Below, piece after piece: positions 35,380-45,300 of a DNA stretch of 64,000 bases. A model generated the notes under the pieces. The model did not search any database and was not told the DNA's origin. It worked only from the letters and a program-made list of their open reading frames with translations. The translations under genes were made by a program, and so were the position numbers. Origin of the DNA: Acidimicrobiales bacterium (GTDB lineage Bacteria > Actinomycetota > Acidimicrobiia > Acidimicrobiales > CATQHL01); NCBI GenBank assembly GCA_963668565.2, contig CAXXMX010000009.1, positions 9,301 to 73,300 of the forward strand, written 5' to 3'. Within the stretch, counting starts at the first letter, position 1, and each line of letters opens with the position of its first letter.

Positions 35380-38067
35380 GTCAGTTTGGTTGGTCACTGT
35401 GACCGTCACTTCCAGAAACGCGGTGTTTGCCTCGGCATCGGCAGCCTCAACGGTCACCTTGTACACGTTGTCGCCGTCCGAGTCTGACGGCTGCTCGTAG
35501 TCCGGAGGATCGTTGAAGGCAAGTACGCCCGCGTCACTGATGATCAAGACCCCGCTGTCGGCTCCTGACAGGTTCCAGGAGATCGTTCCCCTCTCCGGGT
35601 CGGTGGCTCTGTAGGTGGCCAGCGAGTCGGTGCCGTTCTCCTGGTAGGCGATGCGGTCGCTCCCCGTCATGTCCGGCGTCTCGTTGATGTCGTTGACGGT
35701 GACGGTCACCTCGAGGTAGCCGTAGTTCCGCCCGTCCGAGGCCCGCACCGAGAAGTTGTAGACGTTGTCGCGCCCCGAGTCCGCCGGCGCCTCGTAGTCC
35801 GGCACATTCCTAAACGACAGTTCGCCGCCCTCGCTGATCACGAAATCCCCCGCATCAGAACCCGACAGGCTCCAGCGCGTTATCAACGCAGATGGGTCCT
35901 CAGGATCGGTGGCCGTATAGGTCGCCAAGATCTGGTCCGTGGCCTGGTTCTCGGCGAACGACAGGCTCTGCTGGCCCGCGATCTCCGGCCCCTCGCTCTG
36001 GCCGGTCACCGTCACCGTCACCGCCACGCTGTCGGCGTGGCCGTCATCGTCGGTGGCCTCCACGGTGACCTCATAGACGTTGTCCCGGTCGGCGTCGGTG
36101 GGGTTCTCGAAGTCCGGCGGGCTGGCAAAGGTCAGAACACCCCGCCCGCGGCTATCGGCGGTGATCGTGAAGTCATCCCCGTCAGCTCCCCCCGGCGACC
36201 AACTGATGGCGGCCCGCTCCGGATCGGCAGCGGCGAAGGTGTAGATCGTGGCGGTGCCGTTCTCCCGATAGGTGAAGGAGGTCTTGCTCGTCGTGGTGAT
36301 CGCCAGCGCCTCGTTGACGTCCTCGACGGTGACGGTCACCTCCAGGTAGCCGTAGTTGCGCCCATCCGACGCGCGCACCGAGACGTTGTAGACGTTGTCG
36401 CGCCCCGAGTCCGCCGGCGCCTCGTAGTCCGGCACATTCCTAAACGACAACTCGCCGCCCTCGCTGACCGCGAAATCGCCGGCGTCGCGGCCCGACAAAC
36501 TCCACCGAGAGATGACGGCGCCCGGATCCTCCGGGTCAGTGGCCGTATAGGTCGCCAAGACCCGGTCGGTGGCCTGGTTCTCGGCGAACGACAGGCTCTG
36601 CAGGCCCGCGATCTCCGGCCCCTCATTCACGTCGCTGACCGTGACGGTGACCTCCACGCTGTCGGCGTGGCCGTCATCATCGGTGGCCTCCACGGTGACC
36701 TCATAGACGTTGTCCCCGCCGGCGTCGACCGGGTTCTCGAAGTCCGGCGGGCTGGCAAAGGTCAGAACACCCCGCCCGCGGCTATCGGCGGTGATGGTGA
36801 AGTCATCCCCGTCAGCTCCCCCCGTCGACCAACTGATCGTGCCCCGCTCGGGGTCGGCGGCGCTGAACGTGTAAATCGTGGCCGTGCCGTTCTCCCGATA
36901 CGTGAAGGAGGTCTTGCTCGTCGTGGTGATCGCCAGCGCCTCGTTGACGTCCTCGACGGTGACGGTCACCTCCAGGTAGCCGTAGTTCCGCCCATCCGAC
37001 GCGCGCACCGAGAAGTCATAGACGTTGTCGCGCCCCGAGTCCGCCGGCGCCTCGAAGTCCGGCACATTCCTAAACGACAACTCGCCGCCCTCGCTGACCG
37101 CGAAATCCCCCGCATCAGAACCCGACAAACTCCACCGAGAGATGACCGCGCTCGGGTCCTCGGGATCGGTGGCCGTGTAGGCCGCCAAGATCCGACCCTC
37201 CTCTAGGTTCTCCGCGAACGACAGGCTCTGCAGGCCCGCGATCTCCGGCCCCTCATTCACGTCGCTGACCGTGACGGTGACCTCCACGCTGTCGGCGTGG
37301 CCGTCATCATCGGTGGCCTCCACGGTGACCTCATAGACGTTGTCCCGGTTAGCGTCGGTGGGGTTCTCGAAGTCCGGCGTGCTGGCAAAGGTCAGAACAC
37401 CCCGCCCGCGGCTATCGGCGGTGATCGTGAAGTCATCCCCGTCCGCTCCCCCCGGCGACCAACTGATCGTGCCCCGCTCAGGATCGGCGGCGCTGAAGGT
37501 GTAAATCGTGGCGGTGCCGTTCTCCCGATACGTGAACTCGGTCTTGCTCGTCGTGGTGATCACCAGCGCCTCGTTGACGTCCTCGACGGTGACGGTCACC
37601 TCCAGGTAGCCGTAGTTGCGCCCATCCGACGCGCGCACCGAGAAGTCATAGACGTTGTCGCGCCCCGAGTCCGCCGGCCGCTCGAAGTCCGGCACATTCC
37701 TAAACGACAACTCGCCGCCCTCGCTGATCCGGAAATCCCCCGCATCAGAACCCGACAGACTCCACCGCGAGATGACGGCGCTCGGATCCTCCGGGTCGGT
37801 GGCCGTATAGGTCGCCAAGATCCGGTCGGTGGCCTGGTTCTCCGCGAACGACAGGCTCTGCAGGCCCGAGATCTCCGGTCCCTCGTTCTGCTCAACGACG
37901 GTTACCTCTACCTGTAGCTCGGCGCGGTTGCGTTCGCTGTCGGTGGCCTCCACGGTGACCTCATAGACGTTGTCCCGGTCGGCGTCGGTGGGGCTCTCAA
38001 AGTCCGGCGGGCTGGAGAACGCCAGGACACCCCGCCCGCGGCTATCGGCGGTGATCGGTGAAGTCAT
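35344..38067 (-). CDS. giant cadherin-repeat protein, fragment 5 (C-terminal; the last 12 codons plus stop derive from the ISL3 inverted repeat)
   Basis: 907-aa ORF. Ends ...LEVTVTVTNQTDEP|SRKRGEVGG*, where the break after the inter-domain DEP linker coincides with the ISL3 IR. Confidence 0.75.
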   Translation of the reverse strand: MTSPITADSRGRGVLAFSSPPDFESPTDADRDNVYEVTVEATDSERNRAELQVEVTVVEQNEGPEISGLQSLSFAENQATDRILATYTATDPEDPSAVISRWSLSGSDAGDFRISEGGELSFRNVPDFERPADSGRDNVYDFSVRASDGRNYGYLEVTVTVEDVNEALVITTTSKTEFTYRENGTATIYTFSAADPERGTISWSPGGADGDDFTITADSRGRGVLTFASTPDFENPTDANRDNVYEVTVEATDDDGHADSVEVTVTVSDVNEGPEIAGLQSLSFAENLEEGRILAAYTATDPEDPSAVISRWSLSGSDAGDFAVSEGGELSFRNVPDFEAPADSGRDNVYDFSVRASDGRNYGYLEVTVTVEDVNEALAITTTSKTSFTYRENGTATIYTFSAADPERGTISWSTGGADGDDFTITADSRGRGVLTFASPPDFENPVDAGGDNVYEVTVEATDDDGHADSVEVTVTVSDVNEGPEIAGLQSLSFAENQATDRVLATYTATDPEDPGAVISRWSLSGRDAGDFAVSEGGELSFRNVPDYEAPADSGRDNVYNVSVRASDGRNYGYLEVTVTVEDVNEALAITTTSKTSFTYRENGTATIYTFAAADPERAAISWSPGGADGDDFTITADSRGRGVLTFASPPDFENPTDADRDNVYEVTVEATDDDGHADSVAVTVTVTGQSEGPEIAGQQSLSFAENQATDQILATYTATDPEDPSALITRWSLSGSDAGDFVISEGGELSFRNVPDYEAPADSGRDNVYNFSVRASDGRNYGYLEVTVTVNDINETPDMTGSDRIAYQENGTDSLATYRATDPERGTISWNLSGADSGVLIISDAGVLAFNDPPDYEQPSDSDGDNVYKVTVEAADAEANTAFLEVTVTVTNQTDEPSRKRGEVGG

Positions 38068-38698
38068 CCCCGTCAGCTCCCCCCGGCGACCAACTGATCA
38101 GCCCCCGCTCCGGATCAGCAGCGGCGAAGGTGTAGATCGTGGCGGTGCCGTTCTCCCGATAGGTGAAGGAGGTCCTGCTCGTCGTGGTGATCGCCAGCGT
38201 CTCGTTGACGTCGTTGACGGTGACGGTCACCTCGAGGTAGCCGTAGTTCCGCCCGTCCGAGGCGCGCACCGAGAAGTCATAGACGTTGTCGCGCCCCGAG
38301 TCCGCCGGCCGCTCGAAGTCCGGCACATTCCTAAACGTCAACTCGCCGCCCTGGCTGATCGCGAAATCGCCGCCGTCGCTGCCCGACAGGCTCCACCGCG
38401 AGATGACGGCGCTCGGATCCTCCGGGTCGGTGGCCGTATAGGTCGCCAAGATCCGGTCGGTGGCCTGGTTCTCGGCGAACGACAGGCTCTGCAGGCCCGA
38501 GATCTCCGGTCCCTCGTTCTGCTCAACGACGGTTACCTCTACTTGCAGCTCGGCGCGGTTGCGTTCGCTGTCGGTGGCCTCCACGGTGACCTCATAGACG
38601 TTGTCCCGGTCGGCGTCGGTGGGACTCTCAAAGTCCGGCGGGCTGGCAAAGGTCAGAACACCCCGCCCGCGGCTATCGACGGTGATCGGTGAAGTCAT
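38042..38698 (-). CDS. giant cadherin-repeat protein, fragment 4
   Basis: 218-aa ORF equal to one repeat unit. Ends ...SWSPGGADGDDFTDHRR at the same indel motif that ends fragment 3. Confidence 0.7.
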   Translation of the reverse strand: MTSPITVDSRGRGVLTFASPPDFESPTDADRDNVYEVTVEATDSERNRAELQVEVTVVEQNEGPEISGLQSLSFAENQATDRILATYTATDPEDPSAVISRWSLSGSDGGDFAISQGGELTFRNVPDFERPADSGRDNVYDFSVRASDGRNYGYLEVTVTVNDVNETLAITTTSRTSFTYRENGTATIYTFAAADPERGLISWSPGGADGDDFTDHRR

Positions 38699-41600
38699 CC
38701 CCGTCAGCTCCCCCCGGCGACCAACTGATCAGCCCTTCCTCCGGATCGGTGGCGCTGAAGGTGTAAATCGTGGCCGTGCCGTTCTCCCGATACGTGAAGG
38801 AGGTCCTGCTCGTCGTCGTGATCACCGGCGCCTCGTTGACGTCGTTGACGGTGACGACCACCTCCAGGTAGCCGTAGTTCCGCCCATCCGACGCCCGCAC
38901 CGAGAAGTTGTAGACGTTGTCGCGCCCCGAGTCCGCGGGCCGCTCGAAGTCCGGCACATTCCTAAACGACAACTCGCCGCCCCCGCTGACCGCGAAATCC
39001 CCCGCATCAGAACCCGACAAACTCCACCGAGAGATGACCGCGCCCGGGTCCTCGGGATCGGTCGCCGTGTAGGCCGCCAAGATCCGACCCTCCTCTAGGT
39101 TCTCCGCGAACGACAGGCTCTGCACGCCCGCGATCACCGGACCCTCATTCTGATCAACGACGGTTACCTCTACCTGCAACTCGGCGCGGTTGCCTTCGCT
39201 GTCGCGAGCCACCACGGTGACCTCATAAACGTTGTCCCGGTCAGAGTCCGCAGGGCTCTCAAAGTCTCGCAACGTCTTGAACGTGAGCTTTCCCCTATAG
39301 ATGGCGAAGTCGTCGTCGTCGGGTCCTGACAGCGACCAGCTGATGTCGACCCGCTCGGGGTCGGTGGCGCGGAAGGTGTAAATCGTCGCGGTGCTGCTCT
39401 CCCGATAGGTGAAGGAGGTCCTGCTCGTCGTGGTGATCACCGGCGCCTCGTTGATGTCCTCGACGGTGACGGTCACCTCCAGATAGCCGTAGTTCCGCCC
39501 ATCCGACGCGCGCACCGAGAAGTCATAGACGTTGTCGCGCCCCGAGTCCGCCGGCCGCTCGAAGTCCGGCACGTTCCTAAACGTCAGCTCGCCGCCCCCG
39601 CTGACCGTGAAATCCCCCGCATCAGAACCCGACAGACTCCAGCGCGTAATCGGCGTGCCCGGGTCCTCGGGATCGGTGGCCGAATAGGTCGCCAGGATCC
39701 GGTCGGTGGCCTGGTTCTCGGCGAACGACAGGCTCTGCACGCCCGAAACCTCCGGCCCCTCGTTCTGACCAGTCACCGTGACGGTGACCTCCAGGGTGCC
39801 GGAGTTGAAGGCGTCGTCGCGAGCCTCCACGGTGACCTCATAGACGTTGTCCTGGTCAGCGTCGGTGGGGTTCTCGAAGTCCGGCGGGCTGGAAAAGGTC
39901 AGAACACCCCGCCCGCGGCTATCGACGGTGATGGTGAAGTCATCCCCGTCCGCTCCCCCCGGCGACCAACTGATCGTGCCCCGCTCGGGATCGGCGGCGC
40001 TGAACGTGTAAATCGTCGCGGTGCCGTTCTCCCGATACGTGAAGGAGGTGGTGCCGGTGATCACCGGCGCCTCGTTGACGTCCTCGACGGTGACGGTCAC
40101 CTCCAGATAGCCGTAGTTCCGCCCATCCGACGCCCGCACCGAGAAGTCATAGACGTTGTCGCGCCCCGAGTCCGCCGGCGCCTCGAAGTCCGGCACATTC
40201 CTAAACGACAACTCGCCGCCCCCGCTGATCGCGAAATCGCCGGCGTCGCTGCCCGAGAGGCTCCACCGGGAGATCGAGGCGCCCGGGTCCTCTGGATCGG
40301 TCGCCGTATAGGCCGCCAGGATCCGGTCGGTGGCCTGGTTCTCGGCGAACGACAAGCTCTGCACGCCCGCCACCACCGGCCCCTCATTCACGTCGCTGAC
40401 CGTGACGGTGACCTCCACGCTGTCAGTGAGGCTCTGGTCGTCGGTTACCTCCACGGTGACCTCATAGACGTTGTCCTGGTCAGCGTCGGCGGGGTTCTCG
40501 AAGTCCGGCGGGCTGGAAAAGGTCAGAACACCCCGCCCGCGGCTATCGGCGGTGATCGTGAAGTCATCCCCGTCCGCTCCCCCCGGCGACCAACTGATCG
40601 TGCCCCGCTCGGGGTCGGTGGCGCGGAAGGTGTAAATCGTCGCGGTGCCGTTCTCCCGATAGCTGAAGGAGGTCCTGCTCGTCGTGGTGATCACCGGCGC
40701 CTCGTTGATGTCCTCGACGGTGACGGTCACCTCCAGATAGCCGTAGTTCCGCCCATCCGACGCCCGCACCGAGAAGTCATAGACGTTGTCGCGCCCCGAG
40801 TCCGCCGGCCGCTCGAAGTCCGGCACATTCCTAAACGACAACTCGCCGCCCCCGCTGATCCGGAAATCCCCCGCATCAGAACCCGACAGACTCCAGCGCG
40901 TAATCGGCGTGCCCGGGTCCTCTGGATCGGTGGCCGAATAGGTCGCCAGGATCCGGTCGGTGGCCTGGTTCTCGGCGAACGACAAGCTCTGCACGCCCGC
41001 CACCACCGGCCCCTCATTCACGTCGCTGACCGTGACGGTGACCTCCACGCTGTCAGTGAGGCTCTGGTCGTCGGTTACCTCCACGGTGACCTCATAGACG
41101 TTGTCCCGGTTAGCGTCGGTGGGGTTCTCAAAGTCAGGCGGGCTGGCAAAGGTCAGAACACCCCGCCCGCGGCTATCGGCGGTGATGGTGAAGTCATCCC
41201 CGTCCGCTCCCCCCGGCGACCAACTAATGGCGGCCCCCTCGGGATCGGCGGCGCTGAACGTGTAAATCGTCGCGGTGCCGTTCTCCCGATAGCTGAAGGA
41301 GGTCTTGCTCGTCGTGGTGATCACCGGCGCCTCGTTGACGTCCTCGACGGTGACGGTCACCTCCAGGTAGCCGTAGTTGCGCCCATCCGACGCCCGCACC
41401 GAGAAGTCATAGACGTTGTCGCGCCCCGAGTCCGCCGGCGCCTCGAAGTCCGGCACATTCCTAAACGACAACTCGCCGCCCCCGCTGACCGTGAAATCGC
41501 CCGCATCAGAACCCGACAGACTCCAGCGCGTAATCGGCGTGCCCGGGTCCTCGGGATCGGTGGCCGAATAGGTCGCCAGGATCCGGTCGGTGGCCTGGTT

Positions 41601-41828
41601 CTCGGCGAACGACAAGCTCTGCACGCCCGCCACCACCGGCCCCTCGTTCTGATCAACGACGGTTACCTCTACCTGCAACTCGGCGCGGTTGAACTTCGCT
41701 GTCGCGAGCCACCACGGTGACCTCATAAACGTTGTCCCGGTCAGCGTCGGCGGGGTTCTCAAAGTCCGGCGGGCTCGAAAACGCCAGAACACCCCGCCCG
41801 CGGCTATCGACGGTGACAGCGAAGTCAT
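38673..41828 (-). CDS. giant cadherin-repeat protein, fragment 3
   Basis: 1,051-aa ORF. Authentic frame runs from ...NRAELQVEVTVVDQNEGPVVAG onward, about five units. Confidence 0.75.
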   Translation of the reverse strand: MTSLSPSIAAGGVFWRFRARRTLRTPPTLTGTTFMRSPWWLATAKFNRAELQVEVTVVDQNEGPVVAGVQSLSFAENQATDRILATYSATDPEDPGTPITRWSLSGSDAGDFTVSGGGELSFRNVPDFEAPADSGRDNVYDFSVRASDGRNYGYLEVTVTVEDVNEAPVITTTSKTSFSYRENGTATIYTFSAADPEGAAISWSPGGADGDDFTITADSRGRGVLTFASPPDFENPTDANRDNVYEVTVEVTDDQSLTDSVEVTVTVSDVNEGPVVAGVQSLSFAENQATDRILATYSATDPEDPGTPITRWSLSGSDAGDFRISGGGELSFRNVPDFERPADSGRDNVYDFSVRASDGRNYGYLEVTVTVEDINEAPVITTTSRTSFSYRENGTATIYTFRATDPERGTISWSPGGADGDDFTITADSRGRGVLTFSSPPDFENPADADQDNVYEVTVEVTDDQSLTDSVEVTVTVSDVNEGPVVAGVQSLSFAENQATDRILAAYTATDPEDPGASISRWSLSGSDAGDFAISGGGELSFRNVPDFEAPADSGRDNVYDFSVRASDGRNYGYLEVTVTVEDVNEAPVITGTTSFTYRENGTATIYTFSAADPERGTISWSPGGADGDDFTITVDSRGRGVLTFSSPPDFENPTDADQDNVYEVTVEARDDAFNSGTLEVTVTVTGQNEGPEVSGVQSLSFAENQATDRILATYSATDPEDPGTPITRWSLSGSDAGDFTVSGGGELTFRNVPDFERPADSGRDNVYDFSVRASDGRNYGYLEVTVTVEDINEAPVITTTSRTSFTYRESSTATIYTFRATDPERVDISWSLSGPDDDDFAIYRGKLTFKTLRDFESPADSDRDNVYEVTVVARDSEGNRAELQVEVTVVDQNEGPVIAGVQSLSFAENLEEGRILAAYTATDPEDPGAVISRWSLSGSDAGDFAVSGGGELSFRNVPDFERPADSGRDNVYNFSVRASDGRNYGYLEVVVTVNDVNEAPVITTTSRTSFTYRENGTATIYTFSATDPEEGLISWSPGGADGDDFTDHRR

Positions 41829-42345
41829 CCCCGTCCGCTCCCCCCGGCGACCAACTAATGGCGGCCCCCTCGGGATCGGCGGCGCTGAACGTGTAAATCG
41901 TCGCGGTGCCGTTCTCCCGATACGTGAACGAGGTCTTGCTCGTCGTGGTGATCACCGGCGCCTCGTTGATGTCCTCGACGGTGACGGTCACCTCCAGATA
42001 GCCGTAGTTCCGCCCATCCGACGCCCGCACCGAGAAGTCATAGACGTTGTCGCGCCCCGAGTCCGCCGGCGCCTCGAAGTCCGGCACATTCCTAAACGAC
42101 AACTCGCCGCCCCCGCTGACCGCGAAATCGCCCGCATCAGAACCCGACAAACTCCACCGAGAGATGACCGCGCTCGGATCCTCGGGATCAGTCGCCGCAT
42201 AAGTCGCCAGGATCCGGTCGGTGGCCTGGTTCTCGGCGAACGACAAGCTCTGCACGCCCGCCACCACCGGCCCCTCGTTCTGATCAACGACGGTTACCTC
42301 TACCTGCAACTCGGCGCGGTTGCCTTCGCTGTCGCGAGCCACCAC
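41653..42345 (-). CDS. giant cadherin-repeat protein, fragment 2
   Basis: 230-aa ORF carrying one full 630-bp unit in the authentic repeat frame (DQNEGPVVAGVQSLSFAENQATDRILATY...). Confidence 0.7.
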   Translation of the reverse strand: MVARDSEGNRAELQVEVTVVDQNEGPVVAGVQSLSFAENQATDRILATYAATDPEDPSAVISRWSLSGSDAGDFAVSGGGELSFRNVPDFEAPADSGRDNVYDFSVRASDGRNYGYLEVTVTVEDINEAPVITTTSKTSFTYRENGTATIYTFSAADPEGAAISWSPGGADGDDFAVTVDSRGRGVLAFSSPPDFENPADADRDNVYEVTVVARDSEVQPRRVAGRGNRR

Positions 42346-45300
42346 GGTGACCTCATAAACGTTGTCCCGGTCAGCGTCGGCGGGGTTCTCAAAGTCCGGC
42401 GGGCTGGAAAACGCCAGAACACCCCGCCCGCGGCTATCGACGGTGACAGCGAAGTCATCCCCGTCCGCTCCCCCCGGCGACCAACTGATCGTGCCCCCTC
42501 GGGATCGGCGGCGCTGAACGTGTAAATCGTCGCGGTGCCGTTCTCCCGATAGGTGAAGGAGGTCCTGCTCGTCGTGGTGATCACCGGCGCCTCGTTGAGG
42601 TCCTCGACGGTGACGGTCACCTCCAGATAGCCGTAGTTCCGCCCATCCGACGCCCGCACCGAGAAGTCATAGACGTTGTCGCGCCCCGAGTCCGCCGGCG
42701 CCTCGAAGTCCGGCACATTCCTAAACGACAACTCGCCGCCCCCGCTGACCGTGAAATCGCCCGCATCAGAACCCGACAAACTCCAGCGCGTAATCGGCGT
42801 GCCCGGGTCCTCTGGATCGGTCGCCGAATAGGTCGCCAGGATCCGGTCGGTGGCCTGGTTCTCGGCGAACGACAAGCTCTGCACGCCCGAAACCACCGGC
42901 CCCTCATTCACGTCGCTGACAGTGACGGTGACCTCCCGGGTGCCGGCGTTGAAGGCGTCGTCGCGAGCCTCCACGGTGACCTCATAGACGTTGTCCCGGT
43001 CAGCGTCGGTGGGGTTCTCAAAGTCCGGCGGGCTGGCAAAGGTCAGAACACCCCGCCCGCGGCTATCGACGGTGATGGTGAAGTCATCCCCGTCCGCTCC
43101 CCCCGGCGACCAACTGATCGTGCCCCGCTCGGGATCGGTGGCGCGGAAGGTGTAAATCGTCGCGGTGCCGTTCTCCCGATAGGTGAAGGAGGTCCTGCTC
43201 GTCGTGGTGATCACCGGCGCCTCGTTGATGTCCTCGACGGTGACGGTCACCTCCAGATAGCCGTAGTTCCGCCCATCCGACGCGCGCACCGAGAAGTCAT
43301 AGACGTTGTCGCGCCCCGAGTCCGCCGGCCGCTCGTAGTCCGGCACATTCCTAAACGACAACTCGCCGCCCTCGCTGACCGTGAAATCCCCCGCATCAGA
43401 ACCCGACAAACTCCACCGAGAGATGACCGCGCTCGGATCCTCCGGATCAGTCGCCGTATAGGTCGCCAGGATCCGGTCGGTGGCCTGGTTCTCGGCGAAC
43501 GACAGGCTCTGCACGCCCGAAACCTCCGGCCCCTCGTTCTGACCAGTCACCGTGACGGTGACCTCCAGGGTGCCGGAGTTGAAGGCGTCGTCGCGAGCCT
43601 CCACGGTGACCTCATAGACGTTGTCCCGGTCAGCGTCGGTGGGGTTCTCGAAGTCCGGCGGGCTGGAAAAGGTCAGAACACCCCGCCCGCGGCTATCGAC
43701 GGTGATCGTGAAGTCATCCCCGTCCGCTCCCCCCGGCGACCAACTGATCGTGCCCCGCTCGGGATCGGCGGCGCTGAACGTGTAAATCGTCGCGGTGCCG
43801 TTCTCCCGATACGTGAACGAGGTGGTGCCGGTGACCAGCGGCGCCTCGTTGACGTCCTCGACGGTGACGGTCACCTCCAGATAGCCGTAGTTCCGCCCAT
43901 CCGACGCGCGCACCGAGAAGTCATAGACGTTGTCGCGCCCCGAGTCCGCCGGCGCCTCGAAGTCCGGCACATTCCTAAACGACAACTCGCCGCCCCCGCT
44001 GATCGCGAAATCCCCCGCATCAGAACCCGACAAACTCCACCGAGAGATGACCGCGCCCGGATCCTCCAGATCAGTCGCCGTATAGGCCGCCAGGATCCGG
44101 TCCGTGGCCTGGTTCTCAACGAACGACAAGCTCTGCGAGCCCGAAACCACCGGCCCCTCGTTCTGATCAACGACGGTTACCTCTACCTGCAACTCGGCGC
44201 GGTTGCCTTCGCTGTCGCGAGCCACCACGGTGACCTCATAGACGTTGTCCTGGTCAGCGTCGGTGGGGTTCTCGAAGTCCGGCGGGCTGGAAAACGCCAG
44301 AACACCCCGCCCGCGGCTATCGGCGGTGATCGTGAAGTCATCCCCGTCCGCTCCCCCCGGCGACCAACTGATCGTGCCCCGCTCAGGATCGGCGGCGCTG
44401 AACGTGTAAATCGTCGCGGTGCCGCTCTCCCGATAGCTGAAGGAGGTCCTGCTCGTCGTGGTGATCACCGGCGCCTCGTTGACGTCCTCGACGGTGACGG
44501 TCACCTCCAGATAGCCGTAGTTCCGCCCATCCGACGCCCGCACCGAGAAGTCATAGACGTTGTCGCGCCCCGAGTCCGCCGGCGCCTCGAAATCCGGCAC
44601 ATTCCTAAACGACAACTCGCCGCCCCCGCTGACCGTGAAATCGCCCGCATCAGAACCCGACAAACTCCAGCGCGTAATCGGCGTGCCCGGGTCCTCTGGA
44701 TCGGTCGCCGAATAGGTCGCCAGGATCCGGTCGGTGGCCTGGTTCTCGGCGAACGACAAGCTCTGCACGCCCGCCACCACCGGCCCCTCATTCACGTCGC
44801 TGACCGTGACGGTGACCTCCACGCTGTCAGTGAGGCTCTGGTCGTCGGTGGCCACCACGGTGACCTCATAGACGTTGTCCCGGTCAGCGTCGGCGGGGTT
44901 CTCAAAGTCCGGCGGGCTGGCAAAGGTCAGAACACCCCGCCCGCGGCTATCGACGGTGATCGTGAAGTCATCCCCGTCCGCTCCCCCCGGCGACCAACTG
45001 ATCGTGCCCCCCTCGGGATCGGCGGCGCTGAACGTATAAATCGTCGCGGTGCCGTTCTCCCGATACGTGAACGAGGTGGTGCCGGTGATCACCGGCGCCT
45101 CGTTGACGTCCTCGACGGTGACGGTCACCTCCAGATAGCCGTAGTTGCGCCCATCCGACGCGCGCACCGAGAAGTCATAGACGTTGTCGCGCCCCGAGTC
45201 CGCCGGCGCCTCGAAATCCGGCACATTCCTAAACGACAACTCGCCGCCCCCGCTGACCGTGAAATCCCCCGCATCAGAACCCGACAAACTCCACCGAGAG

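Noticed and set aside
38042-42345. Programmed ribosomal frameshifting as the explanation for the five ORFs
   Set aside because: The four junctions lack slippery heptamers or a shared context, and they require both +1 and -1 corrections. Mutation or assembly error is the more economical explanation.
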